Virus record (IMG/VR): IMGVR_UViG_3300010413_002950
Span: 26,088-90,087 of that record
Origin: a virus
Length of the DNA: 64,000 nucleotides
Reading direction: 5' to 3' (one strand)
Each line of letters begins with the position of its first letter. The first letter of the stretch is position 1. The notes under the pieces were generated by a model. That model was not told the DNA's origin. It ran no database searches and saw only the letters and a program-made list of their open reading frames with translations. Below, piece after piece: positions 37,628 through 48,500 of the stretch. A program made the position numbers and the translations under genes.

Positions 37628-39127
37628 TTAATTTCTCCTTATGGAGCCATGAATAAAATCGTTAAAAAAGCTTCCACTTACCAATTCAGATATTGATCTT
37701 GTTATTAATCCGTTATTTTCTGAAAAGTCTCCACCACCTGTAGACATTATCGGTGTTTCTAACGACACAAGTACCTTACCACCTTCTCTAACATTGATCC
37801 CTATTCCAATCGTTGTTTCAATTTCTATTCCTCCAGTTACACTAGATAACATCGCGTCTCCGTCGCCAATAACATTTATTGCGTTTCCAGAGCTTTTAAT
37901 TACTATTTTTTTAGATGGCCCGAAAGCTAAAGTTGCCAATTTTCCATTTATTGATAGTCCAACATCGCTTGATAATGAGCCAATAAGAATGTCTGTGTTT
38001 ATTGCATTGATGTACGCAAATGCCCTAGGTGTCACAGAAACGCAATTATAACCTCCACCCCAAATTGATCCAAAGAGCATAAATAGGGATCCATAGGTTA
38101 TAGACAAACCTTCTGCATTAACGCCTCCCCTAATAGAGCTATTTTCATCGCCTCGTAAATAAAACGTCCCTTGATCAAAAGTTTGACTTTCTACAACTAT
38201 GCCCCATCCATTCCAGCTTAATTCGTTATCTATCCCTAAATCGCTAACAGCAGATGGTGCAGCAAAATATCCAGACAAGCTATTAAAAATCTCATATCCG
38301 CTATGTATAGAACTATTATTTAGGTGCATATCTACTTCTTCTGTGAATAGTATGCCAAACATATTTATACCGCTATTTATAATATTAAATTCCCAATATC
38401 CATAGCTTGTTGATTTTGTAAATCTAAAATTAATTAGCCATAGTCTTGGCTCTATGTACCTTGGAAAATGCTCAGGAGAAGGTGGAGAAAAATTACTAGC
38501 AAAAACCTTGGTATATTCATCCGAATAATAAATTACAACTTCAGGTTTTATAATTCTATAGGTATCGTTCTCTGCTACAGCTGCGCTAAATAATACATTA
38601 GGGTATATGTCTGTAGCTGTATTATTTCTTATCGTCCTTCTATCTCCAGCTGCAGCTCCAGTTAATATTTCTATAGTAGCTCCATAATATTCGCCAAAAC
38701 CATCATATTCTGTGGTACTTAAACCAGAAGTTTTTACCGATTGGTTAGAGCTACCAGCTAAAGCTGCAGTAGAACTAAGAATTTCAGTAAATCCATCGGA
38801 TGATCCACCCCCTCCATCACCTATTATATAAACATGAGCGTTTAGATCGCGCTTCCTAAATGACGGCACTTCATACCCGTTTCCGCTGTGTGGACCAACA
38901 TGTATTCTTATAGTGTGATTAACATGAGACGGTATTCTTTTTTCTGCTTCAACAATTGAAGCTAATGGTTCAGAGCTGGTTCCAGAATTTGAGTCACTCC
39001 CATCTGGTTCTCTAACATATATGTCCATTTCACTAGAAGTTGCAAAATCAACACCACCAATTTCTATATTATCATCGCCAGAATTGATAACAACTTTTCC
39101 AGCTTCAACTTTTACACTACCCGCCAT
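37628..39127 (-). CDS. beta-helix-like spike/fibre protein (paralog B)
   Basis: DIYVR..DGSDSNSGT...PLASI N-terminal motif; paralog of the next gene. Confidence 0.7.
   Translation of the reverse strand: MAGSVKVEAGKVVINSGDDNIEIGGVDFATSSEMDIYVREPDGSDSNSGTSSEPLASIVEAEKRIPSHVNHTIRIHVGPHSGNGYEVPSFRKRDLNAHVYIIGDGGGGSSDGFTEILSSTAALAGSSNQSVKTSGLSTTEYDGFGEYYGATIEILTGAAAGDRRTIRNNTATDIYPNVLFSAAVAENDTYRIIKPEVVIYYSDEYTKVFASNFSPPSPEHFPRYIEPRLWLINFRFTKSTSYGYWEFNIINSGINMFGILFTEEVDMHLNNSSIHSGYEIFNSLSGYFAAPSAVSDLGIDNELSWNGWGIVVESQTFDQGTFYLRGDENSSIRGGVNAEGLSITYGSLFMLFGSIWGGGYNCVSVTPRAFAYINAINTDILIGSLSSDVGLSINGKLATLAFGPSKKIVIKSSGNAINVIGDGDAMLSSVTGGIEIETTIGIGINVREGGKVLVSLETPIMSTGGGDFSENNGLITRSISELVSGSFFNDFIHGSIRRN
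38597..38832. repeat. 236-bp near-identical repeat, copy 1
   Basis: Matches 40084-40319 apart from three clustered patches. Confidence 0.9.
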
Positions 39128-40749
39128 TAAAATACACCTCTATAAATTGAGCCATGTGTTAAGTCATCAAAAGATGTATTATTAGTTAATGTAGCAATAG
39201 CCCTAATAGTTGCCCCATTGTCTTCTGAGAAATCATTCCCGCTAGCAGAAATTGTTGGAGGGAAAAGAGATACTTGTATTTGACCATGGTTTTTTGTTAC
39301 CATGCCAATTCCCGATGTTGTATATAGCTCAATTCCACCTGTTGTAATAAATAAAGCTAATCCATTTTGTTTACTTATTATGGAGTTTCCAGAAGACTTA
39401 AGTATTGTTTTAATTGATCCAAATGTAGCTATATTTAGGTAGCCACCATTATCAATGCCAATACCAGTAGCTGTAAGAGAACCTATTAATATGTCCGTAA
39501 AAGTTGAAGAAATATATAATATAGATTCATGCGTATTTGAAATTGCTTGATATTGTCCGCCCCAAATTGAGCCAAATACCAATGTGCATTTACAACGAAC
39601 ATTTGCTAACGATTCAATATTAATTGAACCAATATAATCTCCACCACCATATAGTGATAAGCTTCCTTGACCAACTGTTGAATTAATTATAACACAACCC
39701 CACCCAGCCCAACTTTTTTCGTTTGGCGCTCCCAAATCATTATAAGCCGATATAACATTGTAATCAGCAACGCTATTAATATTTTCTATACCAGAAGCAA
39801 ATAATGCTCTAGTATTTGTGATTTTTGCCCTTTTAGCAAATTCAACACCTAAAAATACTACGCTACTATTTGAAAATGACACCTCAAAAAAACTTTGTGT
39901 TGTTTCTAGCTTAAAATTAATAAGGAATAAGGAATTGCCACGATCTGTAGTGTATTGTTCATTTATATATAAACCAACGCCAGAAGCTAATATTAGATCA
40001 TTTGGATCAGAATAATAAATTACAGTTTCTGGTTCAACAATTCTATATGTGTCTCCAGTTGAAATAGTTGCACTAAATGGAGTATTAGGGTATATGTCTG
40101 TAGCTGTATTATTTCTTATCGTCCTTCTATCTCCAGCTGCAGCTCCAGTTAATATTTCTATGGTTTTTCCCCAATATTCGCCAAAACCACCATATTCTGT
40201 GGTACTTAAACCAGAAGTTTTTATTAACAAATTTGAGCTACCAGCTAAAGCTGCAGTAGAACTAAGAATTTCAGTAAATCCATCGGATGATCCACCCCCT
40301 CCATCACCTATTATATAAATGTTTTGACTCAAAACTTTTTGTCTAATGTTTGGTCTAATGTAGCCACTTCCAGTATGTGGGGCTACATGAATCCTAATCG
40401 CATGATTGACATGAAATGGAATTCTGTTGACGGCTTCTGTGAGTGTAGCTAAAGGCTCAGAGATAGTACCAAGGTTGCTATCGCTACCATCTGCAGCTCT
40501 TACATAGATGTCCATTTCCTCATATGTTTCATTTATACTGGCTATTATCCAAGAGTTGGCTGCAGATGTTCTTTTGCGCCAAAAAATAGTACCAGTTTGT
40601 TGTAAAAACCACGTACCTTTAGGAGCCCCTTGCAAAGCAGCTGGAGCCGATCCACTATTTGGATTTCCATCATAGCTAGTTATTTCATAAGTTAAAAATG
40701 CCGATCTTCTCGGAAGCTCCAAATTTACAAAATCTTCAAAGGCGGTCAT
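39127..40749 (-). CDS. beta-helix-like spike/fibre protein (paralog A)
   Basis: Colinear with 37628..39127 after a distinct N-terminus. Confidence 0.7.
   Translation of the reverse strand: MTAFEDFVNLELPRRSAFLTYEITSYDGNPNSGSAPAALQGAPKGTWFLQQTGTIFWRKRTSAANSWIIASINETYEEMDIYVRAADGSDSNLGTISEPLATLTEAVNRIPFHVNHAIRIHVAPHTGSGYIRPNIRQKVLSQNIYIIGDGGGGSSDGFTEILSSTAALAGSSNLLIKTSGLSTTEYGGFGEYWGKTIEILTGAAAGDRRTIRNNTATDIYPNTPFSATISTGDTYRIVEPETVIYYSDPNDLILASGVGLYINEQYTTDRGNSLFLINFKLETTQSFFEVSFSNSSVVFLGVEFAKRAKITNTRALFASGIENINSVADYNVISAYNDLGAPNEKSWAGWGCVIINSTVGQGSLSLYGGGDYIGSINIESLANVRCKCTLVFGSIWGGQYQAISNTHESILYISSTFTDILIGSLTATGIGIDNGGYLNIATFGSIKTILKSSGNSIISKQNGLALFITTGGIELYTTSGIGMVTKNHGQIQVSLFPPTISASGNDFSEDNGATIRAIATLTNNTSFDDLTHGSIYRGVF
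40084..40319. repeat. 236-bp near-identical repeat, copy 2
   Basis: Matches 38597-38832. Confidence 0.9.
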
Positions 40750-42554
40750 TATACAATCTCCTCTACATTTGTAATTTGGGCAGTTCCACCGCTATTAGCT
40801 CCAGCTGCAGCTACATCATTCCACCAAAGTGTTTGAGGGTTTGTATTCAGGGGAGAATCTATAGTATACTCATTAGCTGCATCAGCGTGATCTCCTTGTG
40901 GAGTATGCCGTACAGCTGGTTGATTAGTTGATGTAAATATTCCAGCTTGAATTTTAGTATAAGTTACAACTGCTACATTTAGAGTTGTAGTTTGGCTAAA
41001 TGCTGCAAATGTTAAGGTTCTTGCCACAAACCCACCTAGCACATAGCTATCATCTCCGGTTATAACAGTAGTTACAATTCCAGCCAAGTTTGTAGCTGAT
41101 AGACTTTGCCAATTATAGGTAGCTTTTACATCATCATCATGCACTTGTAGCGTTCTAGTATAAACCGTTGGGCCACCAGACCACGAGCCAATAAATGTTC
41201 CACCGCCAGTATCTTCAGATAAAGAAGGAGCTGATAGCAATTGCTGATTGCTAGTTAGTGTTATGGTGTGATTCTGAATACTGGTTCCATCGTTTCCACC
41301 AGATCTAAGCCTAGCAGCTGGTTCAGCTACAGTAATCTGAGCTGCAACATTAGCTATATTGACGGTAGTGTTAGCAATTGTATCTGCATCATTAGCAGCT
41401 CTATTAGCTGTGATCCTAAAGTTTGTAGTAGATACATTATATGTACCACCAATTCTAGATACTGACTTAGAAGCTTCATAGGTTGTAGCATTAGCTATAT
41501 TTAATTGAGTACCTGTTGGATCAGAGTAAACAATTGTATCAAAGTTTGAACATGTATTGGCTACATTAGCCGATTCTGAAGCCTTAAGTGCTCCTTGTGC
41601 TCCAGGATATGTTACAGATCCTATAGCTACACTAGGATGCAAATTGTTACAATTAACTACGTGAACACCCTCTGTTGTTCCACCGCCAAAATCTGTATCT
41701 CTAGTTGATCCCCATGCTCCAGTTACTGCATCTCTAGCCCTTACTCTAGCTGGTCTAAGAACAGGAGAATTACCTCTATCTGCTACAGTTATTTGCTCAC
41801 TAAATGAGCTTCCAGATAACCCTGTTATAAGCTCATACTTACCAGCTTCATAGTCGTAGATTTCTATAGCATCAATTGCTTTGTCTGTAGTCCCTGTTAT
41901 CCCGTAATTGTCATCTTCCTTAAGTTCAGTTTGAGAACCGGGGTAGCCACCTGTAAAAGATAGTGTCAATAATTCTGGTGGAGCTACTAGCGTTACAGCT
42001 ACTGTGTCTGTGGCTCCAGGATTATCATCAGCTGTTTGTATTTCAATTGCAACATCTCCGCTACCAGCTATAGTAATATCTATAGCTCCTTCATAATATC
42101 CACCACCAACATCCCTGGTAAGCTCAAAGGGGCTTCCACCTATCTCTACCTTTGGATAGCTAGAGCGAATTGAAAGAGTAATATCTACGGTGCTAGTAGT
42201 AAAGGATTGAAGAACTGTATTGCCTGTATCTTGATAAACCTTATTAGAAATTGTTCCAGACACTTGAACGTCTGCATCTGTAATATAGACCCAACCACTA
42301 CCTCCAGCTCCACCGCCACTATAAAATAAAGATTTTAGAGATGCATCTCCACCGAAAACAGTAACTGGATCATCGTGCCAATTACCTGCATCATTACCAT
42401 AGATAATTCGCTTTAGCTGACTAAGTATGCCTGTAAAGAAATCTGATAAATCTGTAGATGAAGCCTCTATTCCTGATACTTCTGCTCCTGTTAGTGAGTC
42501 ATCAAGATTATCTGGTTTAGCTATTTGCCGAAACCTTTTGAATCCTATTGTCAT
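40749..42554 (-). CDS. virion structural protein, Thr/Ala/Gly-rich with Ig-like repeats
   Basis: Composition and position in the head-neck cluster. Confidence 0.65.
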   Translation of the reverse strand: MTIGFKRFRQIAKPDNLDDSLTGAEVSGIEASSTDLSDFFTGILSQLKRIIYGNDAGNWHDDPVTVFGGDASLKSLFYSGGGAGGSGWVYITDADVQVSGTISNKVYQDTGNTVLQSFTTSTVDITLSIRSSYPKVEIGGSPFELTRDVGGGYYEGAIDITIAGSGDVAIEIQTADDNPGATDTVAVTLVAPPELLTLSFTGGYPGSQTELKEDDNYGITGTTDKAIDAIEIYDYEAGKYELITGLSGSSFSEQITVADRGNSPVLRPARVRARDAVTGAWGSTRDTDFGGGTTEGVHVVNCNNLHPSVAIGSVTYPGAQGALKASESANVANTCSNFDTIVYSDPTGTQLNIANATTYEASKSVSRIGGTYNVSTTNFRITANRAANDADTIANTTVNIANVAAQITVAEPAARLRSGGNDGTSIQNHTITLTSNQQLLSAPSLSEDTGGGTFIGSWSGGPTVYTRTLQVHDDDVKATYNWQSLSATNLAGIVTTVITGDDSYVLGGFVARTLTFAAFSQTTTLNVAVVTYTKIQAGIFTSTNQPAVRHTPQGDHADAANEYTIDSPLNTNPQTLWWNDVAAAGANSGGTAQITNVEEIV

Positions 42555-42916
42555 TATAGCCTCACTATCGGGTTAAAAACAGAAGTACCAGTTTTAGCTA
42601 AGGTTATCCTTGAAGCCTTTTGCGCTAGATGAATCATTACAGCTAGCCTAGTATCATCAGCTTGAACAATAAGCCTTTTGCCACCCTTAAATTTCTTCTC
42701 AGAAATACTATCCAAATGTTCTGCGTACATGAACGTACTTTTATAGCTATCTGGCCTAGTAACAGAATATTGCACTCCATCATATACAATAGTTAATGCT
42801 GTAATTAATTTCTGAAAGCCAGTATCCTTACAAGAATTAACCCATTTTTCACACTGAGCTTTATCCTCTAGATCAAACCGTAAAGTTTTTCCATCATTTA
42901 GATGCACATGAAGCAT
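42554..42916 (-). CDS. hypothetical protein
   Basis: Likely start 42916 (MLHVHL) after AAGGGG. Confidence 0.65.
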   Translation of the reverse strand: MLHVHLNDGKTLRFDLEDKAQCEKWVNSCKDTGFQKLITALTIVYDGVQYSVTRPDSYKSTFMYAEHLDSISEKKFKGGKRLIVQADDTRLAVMIHLAQKASRITLAKTGTSVFNPIVRL

Positions 42917-42959
42917 TGATCCCCTTTGAGAAAAGACCAAACAGGAGATTAGTAATATG

Positions 42960-43337
42960 CTAATCGCTGCTAGTTTTATCCTCACTTTCAATGCCTTTGT
43001 CCTTCTTCTTTCTTTTACGGCCGATTTTTCTAGTATCTTCAGAATCAAAATTCAACAATTGCTGTGAGAAAATATCTTCATCTACTTCTATTTTCACATC
43101 ATCCATAGAGAAAACTTTTGCTTCTTTTTTAACAAGTTTCTTTTTTATAGAAACTTTTAAGCTTTTAGCAAATTCAGGATATTGCTCTTTTAGATACTCA
43201 AATTCTTCTTCGGTCATAGAAGTTGTAGCACCTGGTTTAAAGTGTATAGCTCCTTTAACTGAACGTGCTACAGAATCAGGAAAATCAATTTGGCAAGGAC
43301 TGATAAATTGTGATGCAATTACGTTAATCATTATCAA
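42960..43337 (-). CDS. hypothetical protein
   Basis: ORF in operon. Confidence 0.65.
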   Translation of the reverse strand: MIMINVIASQFISPCQIDFPDSVARSVKGAIHFKPGATTSMTEEEFEYLKEQYPEFAKSLKVSIKKKLVKKEAKVFSMDDVKIEVDEDIFSQQLLNFDSEDTRKIGRKRKKKDKGIESEDKTSSD

Positions 43338-43641
43338 CCAATACAGCCTTTCTTTCTACTTTCTTCCTACCACGCTTCTTAGGCTTCTTTTCTACCGATA
43401 AAGCTTCAGCAACATCTGGTGTTTTTTCCACGTGTTGAGCAGACACCTGTTTATTATCCTCTACTTCATCCTCACTAATCTTTAGTAGTGTAACACTGAA
43501 TTTCTCAGGATAATTTCTACAATACTGAATTAGCTCTGGATTGCTAGTAGTTATATGCTTCCCATACATAAGCTTAATTCCAACAGCCTTACAGGTATGG
43601 GATCTAATTCCGCCGTTAAGTTCTATTCTTACAGTTTCCAT
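43324..43641 (-). CDS. hypothetical protein with basic tail
   Basis: GGAGG SD before ATG 43641. Confidence 0.65.
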   Translation of the reverse strand: METVRIELNGGIRSHTCKAVGIKLMYGKHITTSNPELIQYCRNYPEKFSVTLLKISEDEVEDNKQVSAQHVEKTPDVAEALSVEKKPKKRGRKKVERKAVLVDND

Positions 43642-43673
43642 GCTTGAGTCCTCCAAACACATGGGTTTAAGAT

Positions 43674-43707
43674 TAGCCCCTAGACACACCATGTTATCTA
43701 GGGGCTA
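43674..43707 (-). terminator. hairpin downstream of the major capsid gene
   Basis: TAGCCCCTAGA...TCTAGGGGCTA 11-bp stem; weak U tail. Confidence 0.6.
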
Positions 43708-43718
43708 TATCTAATAGT

Positions 43719-44915
43719 TTATGTTACATTGATGTTGTATGCTTTTACAAGTGCGTCGGTTTCTTCAACCTGACAGGAAATTTTCATATGCATGACATAC
43801 TCATTTCCACGCTTGTAAATATCACGTTGCTTTTCCATGGTCATATCCCGACCGATACCAACAAGGTAGTTTTCCATATGGGTCAGAATAATCTGTGGAT
43901 ATGCCTTATAGGTAATTTTCACAGTTGCACCATCACCAATCACGCCACCACCATTACGAGCAATAGTACCATTGGTGTAGTTCATATCATAGTCTGAACC
44001 TTCAACATATGGTGTGGTTGGTGTAGTACCAAGAGTGCTAGGGGTAACAACCTCAGAAGCAGAAACAATTGGCTTATACCTAAGAGCAACAGCAGTGGTT
44101 CCAGGAAGTGCCACATGCTCAACAACTGTAGGATTGAACTCCATCAAAGGAACTTCCACAATGGGAATACCAAAAGGAGTCTGCATTTCGCCTTCTGCAG
44201 CTCTGACGCCCTTCATGTCTTCACGTGCTGAAATCTTCTCAACATACAATTGAGCTAGATTTGGAGCCATGAAGAATCGAAGTGATCTCTTATTCCTACG
44301 GAATTTAGTTGGCATAGAGTTGATCATATCACTAAAAACCGTCAACGAAATATCAGCTCCAGCTACATTTAGGGTGTGACCTGCATCGGCAAGCCGTAGC
44401 CAACCCTGATATAGGGAAAGCAAAGGATCCTTTACGTATTGCGATGTAGATCCACCTTCCCATAGATCGCTCTCAAGGCCAGCTTCACCAAGAATGTCGC
44501 CACGTAGGCATAGATGCTCAAGATCATTAGCTGCTTGCTTAGCAAACATACGCATAATGTGATCTTCGCCTTTTGCACCCTCAATACTCAGCTCCAGAAA
44601 AGAGTCAGAGATTTCCCAAGGCAGAATAACTTCCTTTGGATTAAGGCTGATCTTGGAAGTGGTAACGCCACGCCGATTACTAGGAGCAACCATCTCTGTA
44701 GCCGGTTGCATAACACGTGCACCAATACCGATCTTATCAATATCAAACTGCTCATTCCTGAATTTAACAATTCTAGCATTGTTCTTCAAAAATGATTCAT
44801 CAACTACATAGTCGATCAACGTATCAGCTTGCCTTGGGTTGAACTTACCGTATGAAGCCAACGCATCAGCGGCCGTGATAGCAGACTTGATTATCTCATC
44901 ATTAGTCATTCCCAT
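43719..44915 (-). CDS. major capsid protein (HK97 fold)
   Basis: GKFNPRQAD.LIDYVVDES, IDKIGIGAR, FAKQAANDLE.L...GD; strong AGGAGG SD. Confidence 0.92.
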   Translation of the reverse strand: MGMTNDEIIKSAITAADALASYGKFNPRQADTLIDYVVDESFLKNNARIVKFRNEQFDIDKIGIGARVMQPATEMVAPSNRRGVTTSKISLNPKEVILPWEISDSFLELSIEGAKGEDHIMRMFAKQAANDLEHLCLRGDILGEAGLESDLWEGGSTSQYVKDPLLSLYQGWLRLADAGHTLNVAGADISLTVFSDMINSMPTKFRRNKRSLRFFMAPNLAQLYVEKISAREDMKGVRAAEGEMQTPFGIPIVEVPLMEFNPTVVEHVALPGTTAVALRYKPIVSASEVVTPSTLGTTPTTPYVEGSDYDMNYTNGTIARNGGGVIGDGATVKITYKAYPQIILTHMENYLVGIGRDMTMEKQRDIYKRGNEYVMHMKISCQVEETDALVKAYNINVT

Positions 44916-44959
44916 TATTAATTCCTCCTATTGTTAGGGAGCGATAGTAGGCCGCTCTC

Positions 44960-45598
44960 TTATAAGATGCCCTTGAATACGGATTCATCTTGATCAAGTT
45001 TTTTCTCGACAGAATCTTCTTTAGATTGCGCCTCTTTTCTAGTTCCTTCAACTGCTTCAAGGCGTTTCTCAAAAGCTTCAAACTTTTCTACTATATCTGA
45101 AGTAGCTTTTTCAGAATCAGCTTTGCTTTCCTCTGATTTGTCTACAGGAAACATTTCTTTACTAATGCCCTCTATAATGTTCTTGGTGGCTTCAAGATCA
45201 ACGCTAGCCAAAACATTCAGAAGTTCTTGAACGGATTTTGTCAAAGCAGAAATTCTGTTGGTCGTAAACCTTTTGCCCTTTTCCACTTTTTCATTATCAA
45301 ATTCAATATTGCCATCTTCATAAACCTTTAGAACAGCTTCATTCTTGGGCTCTTCTGTTTGAGTTTCTTGAGATGCTTCGGGTTCTTTCTCTGGCGTCTC
45401 TTCAGCCTTTTGAGTAGGTTCTTTTGTTTCGTCCTTTTCAGGATCAAATACTCCCATGTCTTGCCTCCTGTAAATTATAAATTCACGCAAAATTGCTGGT
45501 TTATCAACAATAGATACCTCTTTAGTATCTAGCGCCTTAATTTCTCTTGGTTTATTTTCTGATATATTTTCTGTGCTATTGATATCAGATTCTGACAT
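44960..45598 (-). CDS. capsid scaffolding protein with N-terminal EVSIVDKPA strand
   Basis: Acidic coiled-coil protein between protease and capsid genes. Confidence 0.7.
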   Translation of the reverse strand: MSESDINSTENISENKPREIKALDTKEVSIVDKPAILREFIIYRRQDMGVFDPEKDETKEPTQKAEETPEKEPEASQETQTEEPKNEAVLKVYEDGNIEFDNEKVEKGKRFTTNRISALTKSVQELLNVLASVDLEATKNIIEGISKEMFPVDKSEESKADSEKATSDIVEKFEAFEKRLEAVEGTRKEAQSKEDSVEKKLDQDESVFKGIL

Positions 45599-48500
45599 TA
45601 TCTACCTTCTACTGTGGCTATACCGCCAATACTAAAGCCTGTCAGATCGCCACTTTTCACCTTATTCCATACACTATCACTGGAAACATGCACTGTCATC
45701 ACCCAACTGCCCTTTTTTATCATTTTTTTATTTAGTGTAAGTTTTACTGGTGCAATGTATGACTCTACTAATTCTATCCCTATATCATCAAATTCTGAAT
45801 GCATTAACCCCATTCTGGTATCTTTATTGTAGTTAGATAGAAACTTATGTGCTGTTTTGCGAATAGTTTCTGGCTTTTCGTAATCGTTATGTGCATCAAC
45901 CTCATTAGGTTCTAATACTATTCCAGTAACTAATCTAAGCTCTTTACCATCTTCAGCCTTTTTCAGTTCATGCTTTTCAATAGATAGATTGAAATTATTG
46001 AAGTTTCCAACTCTTGAAAAACTCCAATTATCCTCAACTTTCTCTATTTTATATAGGCCATTTAGTACATCACCTTTGAAAATAACCTCTATCAATTCGT
46101 CTGTTTCTGATGTAATTGTTGCATTGCCACTATCCAGAATTTTAATATCTGAAGCTGAACCAATACTCTTATTGATGTAGTGCTTAGAGCTAGTTCTGCC
46201 ATTTAGATCTATTGAGTCTTTATGCTTATCTCTCCAAATTGTTATATCAACTACATCATTATCTATTGGATTATCAGATAAATCTAATACAGTAACAAAG
46301 TCATTGCCTACATCTATCCTAATAGCATTCTTACTTTCATCTCCAAAAGATTGTTTCTGTAAAACGAATTTAGCATTAGCTTTAGAAAGTGTAGTTGACT
46401 TCTTGTATGGGGCTGAAAAATCAATATCAACTTCGCCATTTTTGATAGCTTTGACCAATTCATCTCTGGTCTCTTTTGCTCCTTCGGTCTCATTCCAATA
46501 TTGGAATTTCTCTGGAATCTGCTTTCTAATTTCTGAAGGAAGCGCTGAATAACCTGCTTGTGGCATCCACCTTTTGCTAACAGCTCTATCGCTAATCGCA
46601 TATGGCGTTTGGTCATCTGGCCGTATTGCCAACCATGCAATTCTCTTCTCTGCTTTTTGGACAGACGAGAATACGCCTTGAGCTTTTAGAAATTCAACAA
46701 AGCAGTTTTCGCATAAATGCAATAGCTCATTGCTTCCAGACCATGCTATTTCAAGAATCTTCTCTTCATCTTTAGAACCACAGCCACTGCAAATAGCTAA
46801 TTCGCTCTTTTTTATGTTGAGTTGCCTAAAGATAATTCTTGAATTTAGCCCAGATCCTTTAAAGAAGTACTCATGGAAATCTTGCTTTTGAGCGCCATAT
46901 TCAAAAGTACCCTTAGCTACTATGTCTATGATACCAGGATATTCTCTGGTAGCTCCAGCTGGAACCGGATCATTTGGCTCTGGCTTTTCTATCTTGCCTT
47001 CTACATTGAGCCATTCCCAAGGCATTTGAGATTTTTTCTCAGATAGAATCTCTGATTTACCCCAATGGTCATTATTCCAATCAATTTTGCTTATATTGGA
47101 TAGATTTTTAGCCAATTTTTCAGCTTGATCCAAAGTTACAACTGGTTCTTTTACAGCTCCAGGGATCTGAGTATTTAGTGTCCATCCAATAAGCTTTTTG
47201 CCAGGGCTATAGCTCATTCTAATATCAGAGTGGACAGATTTACCCCTCCAGTGCTGTTGCACAACGTACTTATAAATCTGTCCTTCTTTTGGTGGAGAAG
47301 TGTATAGATCTGCCTTCTCTAGCGATCTAGTAACTCTTTCTCTTTTCTTATTCTCATCTTCAAGAATTTTTCTTGCTTTATTCTGTAAGCTTTCAAGCTG
47401 ATCTGCTGATAAGCCAATTTTGCTTTGTGGAATTCTAGCTATAGCGTTGCGTAGATGAGGTAAATCAACATTGCCATTAGCATCTTTATATGGAAAGTGT
47501 CTTAATGTTCTAGGTATAGTTTTTCCTTCATCATCTTTTTTGCCACCGCTTTCAACATATAAGAAAGCACTATCTGGAAGCGTATTGATATAAGCCGTTG
47601 ACCAAACAGCTTTTTGTGTTTCTTCTTCAAGAAGCCTTCTTGCTTTATCCTGTAGTCTGCTTATTTCGTCTGCACTTAAGCCAATTTTGCTTTGTGGAAT
47701 TCTAGCTATGGCATTCCGCAAATGTGGAAGATCTATTTTGCCACTTGCGTCTTTATAAGGGAAATGCCTTAAGCTTCTAGGTACGGTTTTGCCCTCCTCA
47801 TCCTTCTTACCACCAGTTTCGACATATAGAAAAGAGCTGTCTGGCAATGTATTGATATATGCTCCAGACCAAACGGCTTTCTCTAATTCAAACCATTTAT
47901 TTTGCTTTTCAGCATAAATCTCAAAATCATACGACTCTTGATCTAGCCCGTTGTCTGGTGGAACAGGATGTAACTTATTTCTTACATATAGCTCATCAAC
48001 AACCAATGAATGCAAGTTCATTATTTCTTCTGCATAAAGCGTTTCACTTTTCTGATATGCTTTATGCAAATTGAAATGAACGTCCACTAATTCATCTATA
48101 GTTAGATTTTCTGGATTTAGATTATTCGTGATTTCTATTTCTCTTTTCTCAATTATTTCTGGCCCATTAGCTTCAGACTCTTCTTTTGGTTGATCGCTAA
48201 TCCAGATTTTTTTTGCCAAAATTTCTAATGAGCTTCTATCGTATTTGCATTTCATGGGTTCATCAAACTTATTAACAGATTTAACCTCCCATGCAACAAA
48301 AGGTCCGTAATTCCATGAAGGCTGAACTTCTCCCCACTCTTTTTGCATTTCTTCTGTAATAAGATGCTTTTCTTCATATTTTGCAAAATCGTTGGGCTCA
48401 ATTATGAAAGACTTGCCAAATTCTATAGTACCCAAGGCTTTATCCATACTAAGGAGCAAAAATCTTTTATCATCTATGGCTTCAAAATTTGGTAAAGATG

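Noticed and set aside
38597-40319. 236-bp repeat pair as a DGR template/variable region
   Set aside because: Mismatches are not restricted to adenines, both copies are mid-gene coding sequence, and no reverse transcriptase is present in the window.
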